Shown piece by piece: positions 48,247 to 58,352 of a stretch of DNA of 64,000 nt. The notes under the pieces were generated by a model that was not told where the DNA came from, searched no databases, and saw only the letters and a program-made list of their open reading frames with translations. Origin of the DNA: an uncultured delta proteobacterium (GTDB taxonomy: Bacteria; Desulfobacterota; Syntrophia; Syntrophales; UBA2192); NCBI GenBank assembly GCA_963810965.1, contig CAWEPT010000016.1, positions 5,051 through 69,050 on the forward strand, given 5' to 3'. Both the position numbers and the translations under genes were made by a program. The number at the start of each line of letters is the position of its first letter. Positions within the stretch are counted from its first letter, which is position 1.

Positions 48247-48864
48247 GTGGTATGGTTCACCCCTGCGATGGAATCATGTCTAAGTGGCTTGAATTTTATC
48301 GGAAACTCGCAGGGAAGCCGGCCGGGAAATACGCTCTTTCGGCAGCCGGCGCTCGTTGCTCTGGCCCTGATCGCCGCCTGGTTCTACTGGGGCGGCCAGA
48401 CGAAGGAGCAAGCTCAGCCGGGGCTGAAGATCATCGACGACAAGGTCGATCTCTTTATCAAAGATGTTCACTACACGGAGGTGGGCGACTCGGGGAATCG
48501 GCTCGAGATCAACGCCGACTCGGCAACCTTCCTGAAGAAGGAGAACCAGGCACGGTTCGACCGGGTGCGCATGAAGCTCATCCTGCCCGACGGCAAGACC
48601 TATGAACTGACGGCCGACCGGGGCCATCTCCGGACGGACTTGAAGGACGTCGAGATCGAGGGCAACGTGGTGATCCTGTCGAACCGGGGCGACCGGTTCA
48701 CGACGAATCGCCTGAAATACTCCGACGGCGATAAGAAGATCTATACGGAGGATCCCGTCACGCTTTCAAACCCGCGATTCGAGGTGAAGGGGAAGGGGAT
48801 GATCCTCCTGCTGAAATCCGAGCACGTGACGATGGCCGGCGGCATTCGGGCCCGGATCCACTGA
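48247..48864 (+). CDS. lptC: LPS export protein LptC (start uncertain)
   Basis: TM ALVALALIAAWFYW followed by an OstA-like beta-jellyroll (ADSATFLKKENQARFDRVRMKL). Lies between kdsC and lptA. Confidence 0.7.
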   Translation: MVWFTPAMESCLSGLNFIGNSQGSRPGNTLFRQPALVALALIAAWFYWGGQTKEQAQPGLKIIDDKVDLFIKDVHYTEVGDSGNRLEINADSATFLKKENQARFDRVRMKLILPDGKTYELTADRGHLRTDLKDVEIEGNVVILSNRGDRFTTNRLKYSDGDKKIYTEDPVTLSNPRFEVKGKGMILLLKSEHVTMAGGIRARIH

Positions 48865-48892
48865 CCCGCGGCGGCCGGAAGGAACCCAAGGC

Positions 48893-49459
48893 ATGCAAAA
48901 GCGATTCATCCCGATCCTGATCATGGCCGCGATGGTCCTCCTGGCGGCACAGGGGCCCCTCTGGGGGCAGGACAACCGTGCCAAGTTGCTGAAGGGCGGA
49001 GAGAGCAAGCCCATCGATATCGTCTCCGACCGTCTCGATGCCTACCGGGAGAAGGACCTGGTTCAGTTTTCAGGCAACGTCGTGGCCACCCAGGGCGATC
49101 GCGTGATCAAGAGCGATACCCTGGAGCTTTATTTCAAGAAGAAAGCCGAAGGGACGGCGCCGGCTGCAGGCGATGCCGCCAAGGCCGGGGACATCGACCG
49201 GATCGTGGCGAAGGGGAACGTGCGCATCACCGAAAAAGAGCGCATCGTGACGGGGGAACAGGCCGTATTCCTCAGCGACGAGCAGCGGATTGTCGTGACG
49301 GGAAACCCCGTCATGCGGGAAGGCAACAATGTCATCACAGGTGACCGGGTGGTGGTGCTCCTCAATGAAAACAGAGGTGTCGTCGAGGGAACCACGGGCA
49401 AACGGGTCACGGCAACCATCTACCCCGATGAGTCGAAGGGGAAAAAGAAAAAGGAGTAG
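48893..49459 (+). CDS. lptA: LPS transport periplasmic protein LptA (OstA-like)
   Basis: Signal peptide MQKRFIPILIMAAMVLLAAQG. IDIVSDRLDAYREKDLVQFSGNVVATQGD...GNVRITEKERIVTGE. Confidence 0.8.
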   Translation: MQKRFIPILIMAAMVLLAAQGPLWGQDNRAKLLKGGESKPIDIVSDRLDAYREKDLVQFSGNVVATQGDRVIKSDTLELYFKKKAEGTAPAAGDAAKAGDIDRIVAKGNVRITEKERIVTGEQAVFLSDEQRIVVTGNPVMREGNNVITGDRVVVLLNENRGVVEGTTGKRVTATIYPDESKGKKKKE

Positions 49460-49497
49460 CAGCGCAGGGGACCCGGGCGACCGGGTCTGCGCCGGGA

Positions 49498-50220
49498 ATG
49501 GAAAAGCTCGAAGCCAGGGCATTGACAAAGGTGTACGGGGGACGGAAGGTCGTCAGCGGCGTGGATCTGGAGATCCGCCCCGGGGAAGTTGTGGGCCTCC
49601 TGGGTCCCAACGGTGCCGGAAAGACGACAACCTTCTACATGATCGTCGGCCTCATCAAGCCCGACGGCGGACGGATTTTCCTCGACTCCGAGGAGATCAC
49701 CCGGGACCCCATGTTCGTGAGGGCTCGCAAGGGGATCAATTACCTGCCCCAGGAACCCTCCGTATTCAGGAAGCTGACCGTCGAGGAAAATATCCTGGCC
49801 ATCCTCGAAACGCTTGACATCGAAGGCGAGGAAAGGAAGAATAGGCTCAAACAATTGCTCGGCGAGCTCGATCTCACCGATCTGGCCCGCAATAAGGCAT
49901 ACTCCCTTTCGGGAGGGGAGAGAAGGCGGGTAGAGATCACCCGGGCCCTGGTGACCTCGCCGCGGTTCATCCTTCTCGACGAGCCCTTCGCCGGGATCGA
50001 CCCGCTGGCCGTGGCCGATATCCAGAAGATCATACAGAAGCTCAAGTCCAAAGGCATCGGGGTGGTCATCTCCGATCACAACGTGAGGGAGACCCTGTCG
50101 GTCTGTGATCGGGCCTACATCCTCAACGAGGGGACGGTGCTGATCGAGGGGTTGCCGGAGATGATCGCAGAGAGTAAAATCGCCCGGAAGTTCTACCTCG
50201 GGGATGATTTTCGATTATAG
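49498..50220 (+). CDS. lptB: LPS export ABC transporter ATPase LptB
   Basis: GPNGAGKTTTFYM, LSGGERRRVEITRAL, ILLDEPFAGIDP. Confidence 0.9.
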   Translation: MEKLEARALTKVYGGRKVVSGVDLEIRPGEVVGLLGPNGAGKTTTFYMIVGLIKPDGGRIFLDSEEITRDPMFVRARKGINYLPQEPSVFRKLTVEENILAILETLDIEGEERKNRLKQLLGELDLTDLARNKAYSLSGGERRRVEITRALVTSPRFILLDEPFAGIDPLAVADIQKIIQKLKSKGIGVVISDHNVRETLSVCDRAYILNEGTVLIEGLPEMIAESKIARKFYLGDDFRL

Positions 50221-50249
50221 AATCATAGCGGGCAGGAATCCAGGAATCC

Positions 50250-51710
50250 ATGACGTTCGAACTCAAACAAAGCCTCAAACTGAGCCAGCAGCTGATCATG
50301 ACGCCTCAGCTGCAGCAGGCGATCAAGCTCCTGCAGCTCTCCCGGATCGAACTCGTCGACATGATCCAGCAGGAGATGGAGGAGAACCCCCTGCTCGAGG
50401 AGCCGGCCACCGAGGAATTCGGCGAAGAAGGGGCGCCGGCCCCTGAAGTCGGCGAGGTCAAGACGGCGGAGCGCACCGGTGAGGTGACGGGCGAGGGCGA
50501 CGGCAAGGAGGACTTCGACTGGGACAGCTACCTCGAGGATTACGGGCCCATGAGGGTGACCTACGACCGCGAGGAGGACGAGGGACCCTCCTGGGAGAAC
50601 ATGCTCTCCAGGAAGACGACCCTCACGGACCATCTCATGTGGCAGTTGGGCCTCTCCAGGCTGTCGGAAATAGAACGGAAAATCGGAGAGGAGATCATCG
50701 GTAACCTCGATTCGAGCGGTTACCTTGCGGCCACCGTCGAGGAGATCGCCGAACCGGTAAAGGTCAGCCCCGAGGTCGTCGAAAAAGTACTGGCAAAGAT
50801 CCAGGAATTCGACCCTCCGGGAATCGCCGCCAGGGACCTGAAGGAATGCCTGATGGCCCAGGCAAAGGTCCTCGGGGTCCAGAACCCCCTGATCGAAACC
50901 ATCATTCGGGAGCACCTCCACGACCTGGAGACCAAGAATTACAACAACATCGCCAAGAAGCTGAAAGTTCCGCTGACGGACATTCTGGACGCCATTTTTC
51001 TCATCAGCCGGATGGACCCGAAGCCGGGACTGGTCTACAGCGATGAAGGCCCCCAGTACATCATCCCCGATGTGTTCGTCTTCAAGGTAAGCGACGAGTA
51101 CAAGATCATCCTCAACGACGAAGGCCTGCCGAGGCTGAGGATCAGCAACTTCTACCGGGAGATCCTGGGGGGCGCCTCGGAAGGGCCCACGAGTGCCGAT
51201 GAGTGCAAGAAATACATCAAGGAGCGGCTCCAGTCGGCCACCTGGCTCATCAAGAGCATCCAGCAGCGCCAGAGAACCATCTTCCGGGTCACGGAGAGCA
51301 TCGTCAAATTCCAGAGGGAGTTTTTCGACCAGGGAATCCAGTTTCTGAAGCCCCTCGTGCTGCGCGACGTCGCCGATGACGTGGAGATGCACGAGTCCAC
51401 CATCAGCCGCGTGACGACCAACAAGTACATGCACACGCCCCGGGGGATCTTCGAGCTGAAGTATTTCTTCAACAGCAGCATCAGCAAGACCAGCGGCGAT
51501 GCCATCGCATCGAAGAGCGTCCAGGAGGAGATCCGGAAGATCATCAGCGGCGAGGACACCCGAAAGCCCCTGAGCGACAGCGAGATCGTCGACATCCTGA
51601 GCAGGCAGGGCATCTCCATTGCCAGGCGGACCGTTGCCAAGTACCGGGAGATGATGGGGATCCTCCCGTCGTCGAAGAGAAAGAAATTTATCCTGAAAGC
51701 AAAAAATTAA
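50250..51710 (+). CDS. rpoN: RNA polymerase sigma-54 factor
   Basis: MTFELKQSLKLSQQLIMTPQLQQAIKLLQLS and the RpoN box ARRTVAKYRE. Confidence 0.95.
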   Translation: MTFELKQSLKLSQQLIMTPQLQQAIKLLQLSRIELVDMIQQEMEENPLLEEPATEEFGEEGAPAPEVGEVKTAERTGEVTGEGDGKEDFDWDSYLEDYGPMRVTYDREEDEGPSWENMLSRKTTLTDHLMWQLGLSRLSEIERKIGEEIIGNLDSSGYLAATVEEIAEPVKVSPEVVEKVLAKIQEFDPPGIAARDLKECLMAQAKVLGVQNPLIETIIREHLHDLETKNYNNIAKKLKVPLTDILDAIFLISRMDPKPGLVYSDEGPQYIIPDVFVFKVSDEYKIILNDEGLPRLRISNFYREILGGASEGPTSADECKKYIKERLQSATWLIKSIQQRQRTIFRVTESIVKFQREFFDQGIQFLKPLVLRDVADDVEMHESTISRVTTNKYMHTPRGIFELKYFFNSSISKTSGDAIASKSVQEEIRKIISGEDTRKPLSDSEIVDILSRQGISIARRTVAKYREMMGILPSSKRKKFILKAKN

Positions 51711-51941
51711 ACCATTGACAATTTTCTGCATCTGGCTTAAGAGCAGAGCTTCTTTTTCAGACGGAACCGGCAGCCTTTCCCGCGGCGGCCATCGTGACTT
51801 GATGGACAGCCGCTGTGTGATTCACCGCGTGACAGAATCCCGCCGGTCGTCTTGCCCTTTCCGGGTGTCAATCTTGCAGGGACACCGTGACGAGGGTCGG
51901 GGGCAAACACAACCACTAGAAGGATGAGGAGGCAACGACGT

Positions 51942-52481
51942 ATGCAGGTTTCCGTGACCTTTCGGAATACGGGGTCGGAAAGTTGGTTCAAGGATTATGC
52001 GACGGAGCGGCTGAGCAAACTCCAGAAATACATCGACAAGCCCGTGGAAGCCCACGTAGTGCTCTCCGTTGAGAAATTCAGGAATGTGGCCGAGATCAAC
52101 ATCATGGCAAAGGGCATCAACCTGGTCGGCAAGGAAGAGGCCAAGGACATGCAGCTGGCCATCGACAACGTCATCGACAAGATCGAGCGCCAGATCAAGA
52201 AACACAAGGAAAAGAGCCGGGAACACAAGTCCAATACGAACCGGGCCGAGGAGATGGGCGGCCTTCGCGCGGCGCCGGCCGCCTTCGAAGAGGAATCGAA
52301 GCTGAGGGTCGTCGAGACCCGCAGGGTTGTCCTGAAGCCCATGTCCCTGGAGGAGGCCATCCTCGAAATGGAGGCATCCCGGAACCGCTTCGTCATCTAC
52401 CGCGATGCACACTCGGAAAACATCAGCGTCATCTACCGCCGGGATGACGGGAACTTCGCACTGCTAGAGGCCAACAGCTGA
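51942..52481 (+). CDS. hpf: ribosome hibernation promoting factor (long form)
   Basis: GGATGAGGAGG RBS. MQVSVTFRN...IDKPVEAHVVLSVEKFRNVAEINI. The C-terminal dimerisation domain ends ...ISVIYRRDDGNFALLE. Confidence 0.85.
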   Translation: MQVSVTFRNTGSESWFKDYATERLSKLQKYIDKPVEAHVVLSVEKFRNVAEINIMAKGINLVGKEEAKDMQLAIDNVIDKIERQIKKHKEKSREHKSNTNRAEEMGGLRAAPAAFEEESKLRVVETRRVVLKPMSLEEAILEMEASRNRFVIYRDAHSENISVIYRRDDGNFALLEANS

Positions 52482-52496
52482 GCGGAGGGACCCCCC

Positions 52497-52958
52497 ATGC
52501 AGATCACCGACATGTTCAAAAAGGAATACATCATCGAGGCGCTGAAGGCGAAATCCAAGCGTGCCGTTTTGGCGGAATTGTCGGAGATCTTCACCCGTGA
52601 TCACGAGGGCATCCGGAGCGAGGCGATGGTCGATGTCCTGCTGGATCGTGAAAAACTGGGCAGCACGGGAATCGGCGACGGCATCGCCATTCCGCACGGA
52701 AAACTCAAGGGCCTGGAGAGCCTGGTCATTTCCTTCGGGCGCAGCCGGGAGGGGATCGACTTCGAATCCATTGACGGAAAGCCCGTCCACATCTTTTTCC
52801 TGCTGATGGCGCCGGAGAGCTCGACGGGTCAGCACCTCAAGGCTCTGGCAAAGATTTCGCGCATGCTCAAGGACCCGGAATTCCGCAGCGACCTCATGTC
52901 GGCAAAGAACGCAGAGGAGATCTACCGGAAAATCGCCGATAAAGACGACTCCTATTAA
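52497..52958 (+). CDS. ptsN: PTS IIA-like nitrogen regulatory protein PtsN
   Basis: LGSTGIGDGIAIPHGK...VHIFFLLMAP. Confidence 0.85.
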   Translation: MQITDMFKKEYIIEALKAKSKRAVLAELSEIFTRDHEGIRSEAMVDVLLDREKLGSTGIGDGIAIPHGKLKGLESLVISFGRSREGIDFESIDGKPVHIFFLLMAPESSTGQHLKALAKISRMLKDPEFRSDLMSAKNAEEIYRKIADKDDSY

Positions 52959-53054
52959 AACCCGCGCGGCTCGTCGGCACCCATCAAAAGGTGTTGCGGC
53001 CGGCTATTCCAATCTTCCATTCTTCCAGCGCTTGCGCCTGTCCCGGGGTGCTGA

Positions 53055-53921
53055 ATGCAGAACCTGAGAATCATCATCGTCACCGGCATGTCCGGCTCCG
53101 GCAAGAGCACGGCCCTTCGGGCGCTGGAGGACGTGGGGTTTTTCTGCGTCGACAACCTGCCCGTCGTCCTGCTGCCGAAACTTCTCGAGATCCAGACCGA
53201 CGCCGCCAGCGAGATCAGCAAGGTAGCCCTCGTCATGGATTTGCGGGAGCGGTACTTCCTGGAGAAGTATGCGGAGATCTTCGCCAAACTCAAGGAAGAG
53301 GGGCACCGGATCGAGATCCTCTTTCTGGACGCCAGCGACGAGTCGCTGCTGAGGAGGTTCCGCGAGACGAGGCGGGCACACCCGCTCTGCGAGCGGGGGA
53401 CCGTGATGGAGGGGATTGCGCTGGAGCGGGAGAAACTCTCGGCCCTGCGGGCGATGGCGGACAAGATCGTCGACACCTCCTCGTTCAACGTCCACCAGCT
53501 CAAGGAGGTCATCCAGCGCCACTTCATGACGTCGACCACCGAGAAGCGCCTCCTGATCAACCTGATGTCGTTCGGCTTCCGCTACGGGCTTCCTGCCGAG
53601 GCGGACATCGTGCTGGACGTCAGGTTCCTGCCCAACCCCTACTTCATCGAGGAGCTGAAGCACCTCAACGGGGAGAACGAGAAAATTCAGGAGTACGTCA
53701 TGGGGTGGGAGGAGAGTCAGACCTTCCTTCGGAAGATGCTGGACATGATGGAATTCCTGATCCCGCTTTACGAGAAGGAAGGCAAATCAAACCTCAACGT
53801 GGCCCTGGGCTGTACGGGCGGCAAGCACCGCTCCGTCGTCATGGCCACCCGCCTGGCCCGGTACTTTGCCGGTGAGAATTATCTGGTGAACGTGGCGCAT
53901 CGCGATATCCACAGGGCATAG
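53055..53921 (+). CDS. rapZ: RNase adapter protein RapZ
   Basis: [39 protein letters not shown]. Confidence 0.9.
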   Translation: MQNLRIIIVTGMSGSGKSTALRALEDVGFFCVDNLPVVLLPKLLEIQTDAASEISKVALVMDLRERYFLEKYAEIFAKLKEEGHRIEILFLDASDESLLRRFRETRRAHPLCERGTVMEGIALEREKLSALRAMADKIVDTSSFNVHQLKEVIQRHFMTSTTEKRLLINLMSFGFRYGLPAEADIVLDVRFLPNPYFIEELKHLNGENEKIQEYVMGWEESQTFLRKMLDMMEFLIPLYEKEGKSNLNVALGCTGGKHRSVVMATRLARYFAGENYLVNVAHRDIHRA

Positions 53922-55449
53922 GGACAGGGTCGAGGGTAGAGGGTAAGAGGGATGAATAAGAAAGAAAAAGGATCAGGAAGACTTCCCGATCCTTTCTTTT
54001 TCTTACCTGTCCTTGATCCTGTCCCTGGTCCCTATCACCCTGGACCCTGAACCCTTGACCCTTGACCCTTTTCTTCCCTTCGCCTTGGCCTTCGCCGGTT
54101 GCGCCTTCGGGGTCGCGGGAGGCGGTCTGCGGGGCCGTCTCGGTCAGCTTGCCCGTCACGTTGTCCTGGATCCAGTGGGCGTCCCACCACTCCGTGGGGT
54201 TCACGAACTCCCCGCCGACGAGGATGCTGAAGTGCAGGTGGTCGCCACCGGCAAGCCCCGTGGCGCCGCTCGCGCCCAGGGTCTCTCCCCGAGCCACACT
54301 CTGTCCGACTTTCACGCCGATATCCGACAGGTGTGCGTAAAGGCTGGAGAGCCCCAGGCCATGATCCACAATGACGGTGTTGCCGTAGATCCCCAGGTAT
54401 CCGGTAAAAACCACCACGCCGTTGTTTGCCGATTCGATGGGGGCTCGCTCCGTCGAGGCGAGATCGACACCATAGTGCGTGCTCTTGCTCACGGCCATCC
54501 CCTCGAAGAAATAGGTTCTCGCCTGGGCGAAGCCGGCCATGGGCGCCGCGTTCTTCATGCGCAGGAAGGTTCCCTCCCAGAGCGCCTTGGGCTGGGACTT
54601 GCTGCCGGCTGCCTGGATCGTCTTGGTGTTCTCGCCGCGCAGCGTCTCGTTGACGAACAGGAAGGCTTCCAGAGGCGTGGCCGGGACCCGGGGATCATGC
54701 TGCCTGAACTCCGGCATTTTCTGTTCCAGGAAGGCGCGGCTGAGGGTGATCTTGTCCTCCTTGAATTTCTTTTCTCTCACAAGATGAGGAAGAGCCACGG
54801 ACGATTCGTTTCCGGCCTTGTCCCGCGCGGTAATCAGGATCTTGAGCCCCCCTTGGGACGCCGAGGCCGGGATGGCGAAATAGACAATATGGCAGGGTTT
54901 GCCCTGGATCGCGTAGGGGTAACCGTGGAAAAAGCGATCCCCCACCCGGATGCCGGTACGGGTCACTTCTTCCGAAACCCGGTAAAGGGCAACACCGGTC
55001 CCCCCGGCGTTGACGTTGTGGGCGGAACTGATCATGCCGATCTGCGGCGGCACCGTGTCGATGGACGTCTCCACCGAGAGCGTTGTCCGGTTTTTCAGCC
55101 AGGAATGATCCTCGGCCGTGATGGTGATCGTCGCCGGGCCGTCCTTGAGATTCAGCCCGCGCGGGTTCAATTCGGGACTCAGCGTTTGTTCCTTTGTCCC
55201 CCCGGCGTAGTTTTCGGACAGAACAACCTGATCCCTGCCTTCCTGGCTGATCGTGACGGAGACGTTCCGGATCCCGCTCTTCTGATCGGAGACGGTCAGG
55301 GCGATGGCTTTCCCCGGGCCGATCGTGGAGAGGTCATCCTTCAGGACGATGGCGGGTTTTTCGAACTCCAGGATCGTGTTGAAGGCCCAGAGGGCGGACC
55401 CCGCAAGGGCGATTGCGAGGCCGAAGAGCAGCAGGTACATTCGGTTCAT
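53839..55449 (-). CDS. M23 family metallopeptidase (the 3' ~250 nt of the ORF is probably not coding)
   Basis: [33 protein letters not shown]...[20 protein letters not shown]...[12 protein letters not shown]. The ORF has no in-frame stop until 53839 and crosses the heptamer arrays, the terminator and the rapZ 3' end. Confidence 0.8.
   Translation of the reverse strand: MNRMYLLLFGLAIALAGSALWAFNTILEFEKPAIVLKDDLSTIGPGKAIALTVSDQKSGIRNVSVTISQEGRDQVVLSENYAGGTKEQTLSPELNPRGLNLKDGPATITITAEDHSWLKNRTTLSVETSIDTVPPQIGMISSAHNVNAGGTGVALYRVSEEVTRTGIRVGDRFFHGYPYAIQGKPCHIVYFAIPASASQGGLKILITARDKAGNESSVALPHLVREKKFKEDKITLSRAFLEQKMPEFRQHDPRVPATPLEAFLFVNETLRGENTKTIQAAGSKSQPKALWEGTFLRMKNAAPMAGFAQARTYFFEGMAVSKSTHYGVDLASTERAPIESANNGVVVFTGYLGIYGNTVIVDHGLGLSSLYAHLSDIGVKVGQSVARGETLGASGATGLAGGDHLHFSILVGGEFVNPTEWWDAHWIQDNVTGKLTETAPQTASRDPEGATGEGQGEGKKRVKGQGFRVQGDRDQGQDQGQVRKRKDREVFLILFLSYSSLLPSTLDPVPMPCGYRDAPRSPDNSHRQSTGPGGWP
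53920..54070. repeat. G-rich heptamer array, central terminator hairpin, C-rich heptamer array between convergent genes
   Basis: TAGGGACAGGGTCGAGGGTAGAGGGTAAGAGGGATG... hairpin AAAGGATCAGGAAGACTTCCCGATCCTTT ...CCTGTCCCTGGTCCCTATCACCCTGGACCCTGAACCCTTGACCCTTGACCC. Confidence 0.9.
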
Positions 55450-55716
55450 GACGGTTTGTACTCCATGATTGGACTGACATCGGGGGCACTGCGGAAGAGC
55501 CCGAAGCGTCGTCCATCATACCCGTAATCGAAAAAATTTCAAGTACCATGACGATTGCGCAACCGGGTGGGTGAACGGTCCGAAAAGGCTTTCATTCCTT
55601 GACGTTCCGCATGATTTGTTATATTGAATTTGCAGGCTTAAGGCGCAGGGCAAAGGGCCCGGGGCAAGAGGAAAACGGATTCGGGATTGGGGTTGGAGGC
55701 ATAAAGCCAAGGGTAC

Positions 55717-56349
55717 ATGGAAAACCTTGCCCTGATATTCGGCTCGTCGTTTGTCATCGCCCTTTCGGGGGCCCTCATGCCGGGGCCCGTGCTTGCCGTG
55801 ACAATCACGGAGGCGTCCCGGATCGGGTTGCGGGCGGGTCCCCTGATCATGCTGGGGCACTCGCTTTTGGAACTGGCCCTCTTTTCACTGCTCGTGCTCG
55901 GGTTCGTCCATTTCATCAACCACCCGGTGGTGCTCGGCGTGGTCGGTGTAGCCGGTGGCGCGGTTCTTCTCTGGATGTCCTGCGGGATGCTCAGGAGCCT
56001 GAGGACTCTCGACCTCGACCTCGAGGCCTCCGGGAGGAGCAGCACCGGGCCCGTGCTGTCGGGAATTCTCTCGAGCCTTTCGAACCCGTACTGGATCATC
56101 TGGTGGGCAACGATCGGGCTCGGTTACGTATTCTGGTCCATGAAGTTCGGATGGGCAGGGATGCTGGCCTTCTTCACCGGTCACATCTCTGCCGACTTTG
56201 CCTGGTACACCCTGGTGTCCTTCCTCGTCTGGAAGGGGCGGAAGCATCTCCGCCCGGCCGTCTACCGGGGAGTGGTCGCGGCCTGCGCGGTCGTGCTGAT
56301 CGGTTTCGGCATCTACTTCGGCGTCACGGGTCTCGACTACCTGATCTGA
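55717..56349 (+). CDS. LysE family amino-acid exporter
   Basis: Six TM helices, LMPGPVLAVTI...SNPYWIIWWATIG. Confidence 0.75.
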   Translation: MENLALIFGSSFVIALSGALMPGPVLAVTITEASRIGLRAGPLIMLGHSLLELALFSLLVLGFVHFINHPVVLGVVGVAGGAVLLWMSCGMLRSLRTLDLDLEASGRSSTGPVLSGILSSLSNPYWIIWWATIGLGYVFWSMKFGWAGMLAFFTGHISADFAWYTLVSFLVWKGRKHLRPAVYRGVVAACAVVLIGFGIYFGVTGLDYLI

Positions 56350-56395
56350 GCGGGCCCGGAAAACGGGATCAACGAACACATCGGGAGCACAACGG

Positions 56396-57616
56396 ATGAA
56401 AGGCAAAAAAATCGTCCTCGGGGTGACCGGCGGCATCGCGGCCTACAAAGCGGCCGAACTGGCCCGGGAATTCATCAAGCGAGGCGCAGGCGTCCACGTC
56501 ATCATGACGAAGAACGCAACGGAGTTCATCGCCCCGCTCACCTTCCAGACCCTCACGGGAAACCCGGTCTACGCGGACACGTTCCAGCTGACGGGAGAGT
56601 GGGAAATCGGGCACATCTCGCTGGCCGAGAGCGCCCACATCGTCGTTGTGGCCCCGGCCACGGCGAACGTGATCGGGAAGATTGCCGGCGGGATCGCCGA
56701 CGATCTGCTCACGACGACGGTCATGGCCACGCGGGCCCCTGTCCTTATCTGCCCCGCCATGAACGTGAACATGTACGCAAACCCCATCGTGCGGGAGAAC
56801 ATGGAGAAACTGGCCGCAACGGGGTACCGGTTCGTCGAGGCGGGATACGGAGAGCTGGCCTGCAAGACGGAAGGGTACGGCCGGCTTGCCCCCCTGGAGG
56901 ATATCGTCGAGGACGTGGAAGACATCCTCACCGTGAAGGATCTGCAGGGGCAGTGCGTCCTCGTCACCGCGGGGCCCACGAGGGAGGCCTTCGACCCCGT
57001 CCGGTTCATCACGAACTACTCCACGGGCAAGATGGGCTATGCCGTAGCCGTCATGGCGAAGCGCCGCGGGGCGAAGGTCACGCTTGTCAGCGGCCCCACC
57101 AGCCTGCCGCAGCCTCGTGGCGTCGCATTCGTGTCCGTCTCGTCGGCCCGTCAGATGCGGGACGCCGTCATGGCGAATCTGGAGAATGCGACCGTCGTCG
57201 TCAAGTCCGCCGCCGTGGCCGATTACCGGCCGGCGGGCTTCTCGGAATCGAAGATCAAGAAGTCAGGCGGGCCCCTGGAGATGCGCCTCGAGCGCAACCC
57301 CGACATCATCTCCGAAGTGGGCCGCGTCAAGGGCAAACGGATCCTGGTGGGGTTTGCCGTCGAGACGGAGAACCTGATCCAGTACGCCACGAAGAAGATG
57401 ATGGAAAAGAACATGGACCTCATCGTGGCAAATGACATCACAGAGCCCGGCGCGGGATTTGCGGCGGAGACGAATATCGTCAAGATCCTCGACCGCGAGG
57501 GGGGATCGGTGGATCTGCCCCTGATGGACAAGATGGACGTTGCCGCGCGGATCCTGGACCGGGTACTGGAACTCATGGGGAAACAAAAAGGGGCATCCCG
57601 TGGGAAAAAAAGATGA
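56396..57616 (+). CDS. coaBC: bifunctional phosphopantothenoylcysteine decarboxylase / synthetase
   Basis: IVLGVTGGIAAYKAAEL, VVAPATANVIGKIAGGIADDLL, VTAGPTREAFDPVRFITNYSTGKMG, SAAVADYRP. Confidence 0.9.
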   Translation: MKGKKIVLGVTGGIAAYKAAELAREFIKRGAGVHVIMTKNATEFIAPLTFQTLTGNPVYADTFQLTGEWEIGHISLAESAHIVVVAPATANVIGKIAGGIADDLLTTTVMATRAPVLICPAMNVNMYANPIVRENMEKLAATGYRFVEAGYGELACKTEGYGRLAPLEDIVEDVEDILTVKDLQGQCVLVTAGPTREAFDPVRFITNYSTGKMGYAVAVMAKRRGAKVTLVSGPTSLPQPRGVAFVSVSSARQMRDAVMANLENATVVVKSAAVADYRPAGFSESKIKKSGGPLEMRLERNPDIISEVGRVKGKRILVGFAVETENLIQYATKKMMEKNMDLIVANDITEPGAGFAAETNIVKILDREGGSVDLPLMDKMDVAARILDRVLELMGKQKGASRGKKR

Positions 57617-58343
57617 TCTCCGCAGCGAGCTTCAGCATCTCGTGGGGGCCCTGAGAAATCACGTTGCAAACGAAAAGGATGCCTACAATCCCGTCTCGCG
57701 CCTGACGATGAAGCGTGAACCCATTCCCCGGCGGGAAGAAGAGGGCCAGGGGGATCGTTCTGCTGCGAAGGCAGCGGCGAAAGCCGGCGCCCGCAAGGCG
57801 CCGCCGACCCTGGCCGGGGTCCGCGAGGAACTGGGCGATTGCACCCGGTGTCCCCTTCACCGCACGCGCCGCAACCTCGTCTTCGGCGAGGGGAGCGCCG
57901 GGGCGAAGCTCGTCTTCGTCGGCGAGGCCCCGGGCGAGGAAGAAGACAACCAGGGTCGGCCGTTCGTGGGCCGGGCGGGGCAGCTCCTGACAAAGATCAT
58001 CGACGCCATGGGGCTCAAGCGCGAGGAAGTCTACATCTGCAACATCCTGAAGTGCCGTCCGCCCGGGAACCGCAACCCGAAGGAAGACGAAATCGCGACC
58101 TGCGAGCCCTTCCTGCTGAAGCAGCTGGAGGCCATCAACCCGGAGATCATCTGTGCGCTGGGGACGTTTGCGGCAAAGACGCTCCTTCGCACCGAGTCGC
58201 CCATCTCGGCGATACGGGGGAAATTCCACGACTACCACGGCCGCAAGCTCATGCCGACCTATCACCCGGCATACCTCCTTCGCAACCCCGACGCGAAGAA
58301 ACTGGTCTGGGAAGATGTGCAGAAAATCATGAAGATCCTGTGA
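57600..58343 (+). CDS. family 4 uracil-DNA glycosylase (start uncertain; track ORF begins at TTG 57540)
   Basis: CTRCPLHRTRRNLVFGEGSAGAKLVFVGEAPGEEED...PFVGRAGQLL...ICNILKCRPPGNRNP...HPAYLLRNP. Confidence 0.85.
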   Translation: MGKKDDLRSELQHLVGALRNHVANEKDAYNPVSRLTMKREPIPRREEEGQGDRSAAKAAAKAGARKAPPTLAGVREELGDCTRCPLHRTRRNLVFGEGSAGAKLVFVGEAPGEEEDNQGRPFVGRAGQLLTKIIDAMGLKREEVYICNILKCRPPGNRNPKEDEIATCEPFLLKQLEAINPEIICALGTFAAKTLLRTESPISAIRGKFHDYHGRKLMPTYHPAYLLRNPDAKKLVWEDVQKIMKIL

Positions 58344-58352
58344 GGGCATCCA

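Noticed and set aside
9489-54070. Could the short repeat arrays be CRISPR arrays?
   Set aside because: The units are only ~7 nt, directly abutting and degenerate. There are no unique spacers of 25-40 nt, and no cas genes were seen in the window.
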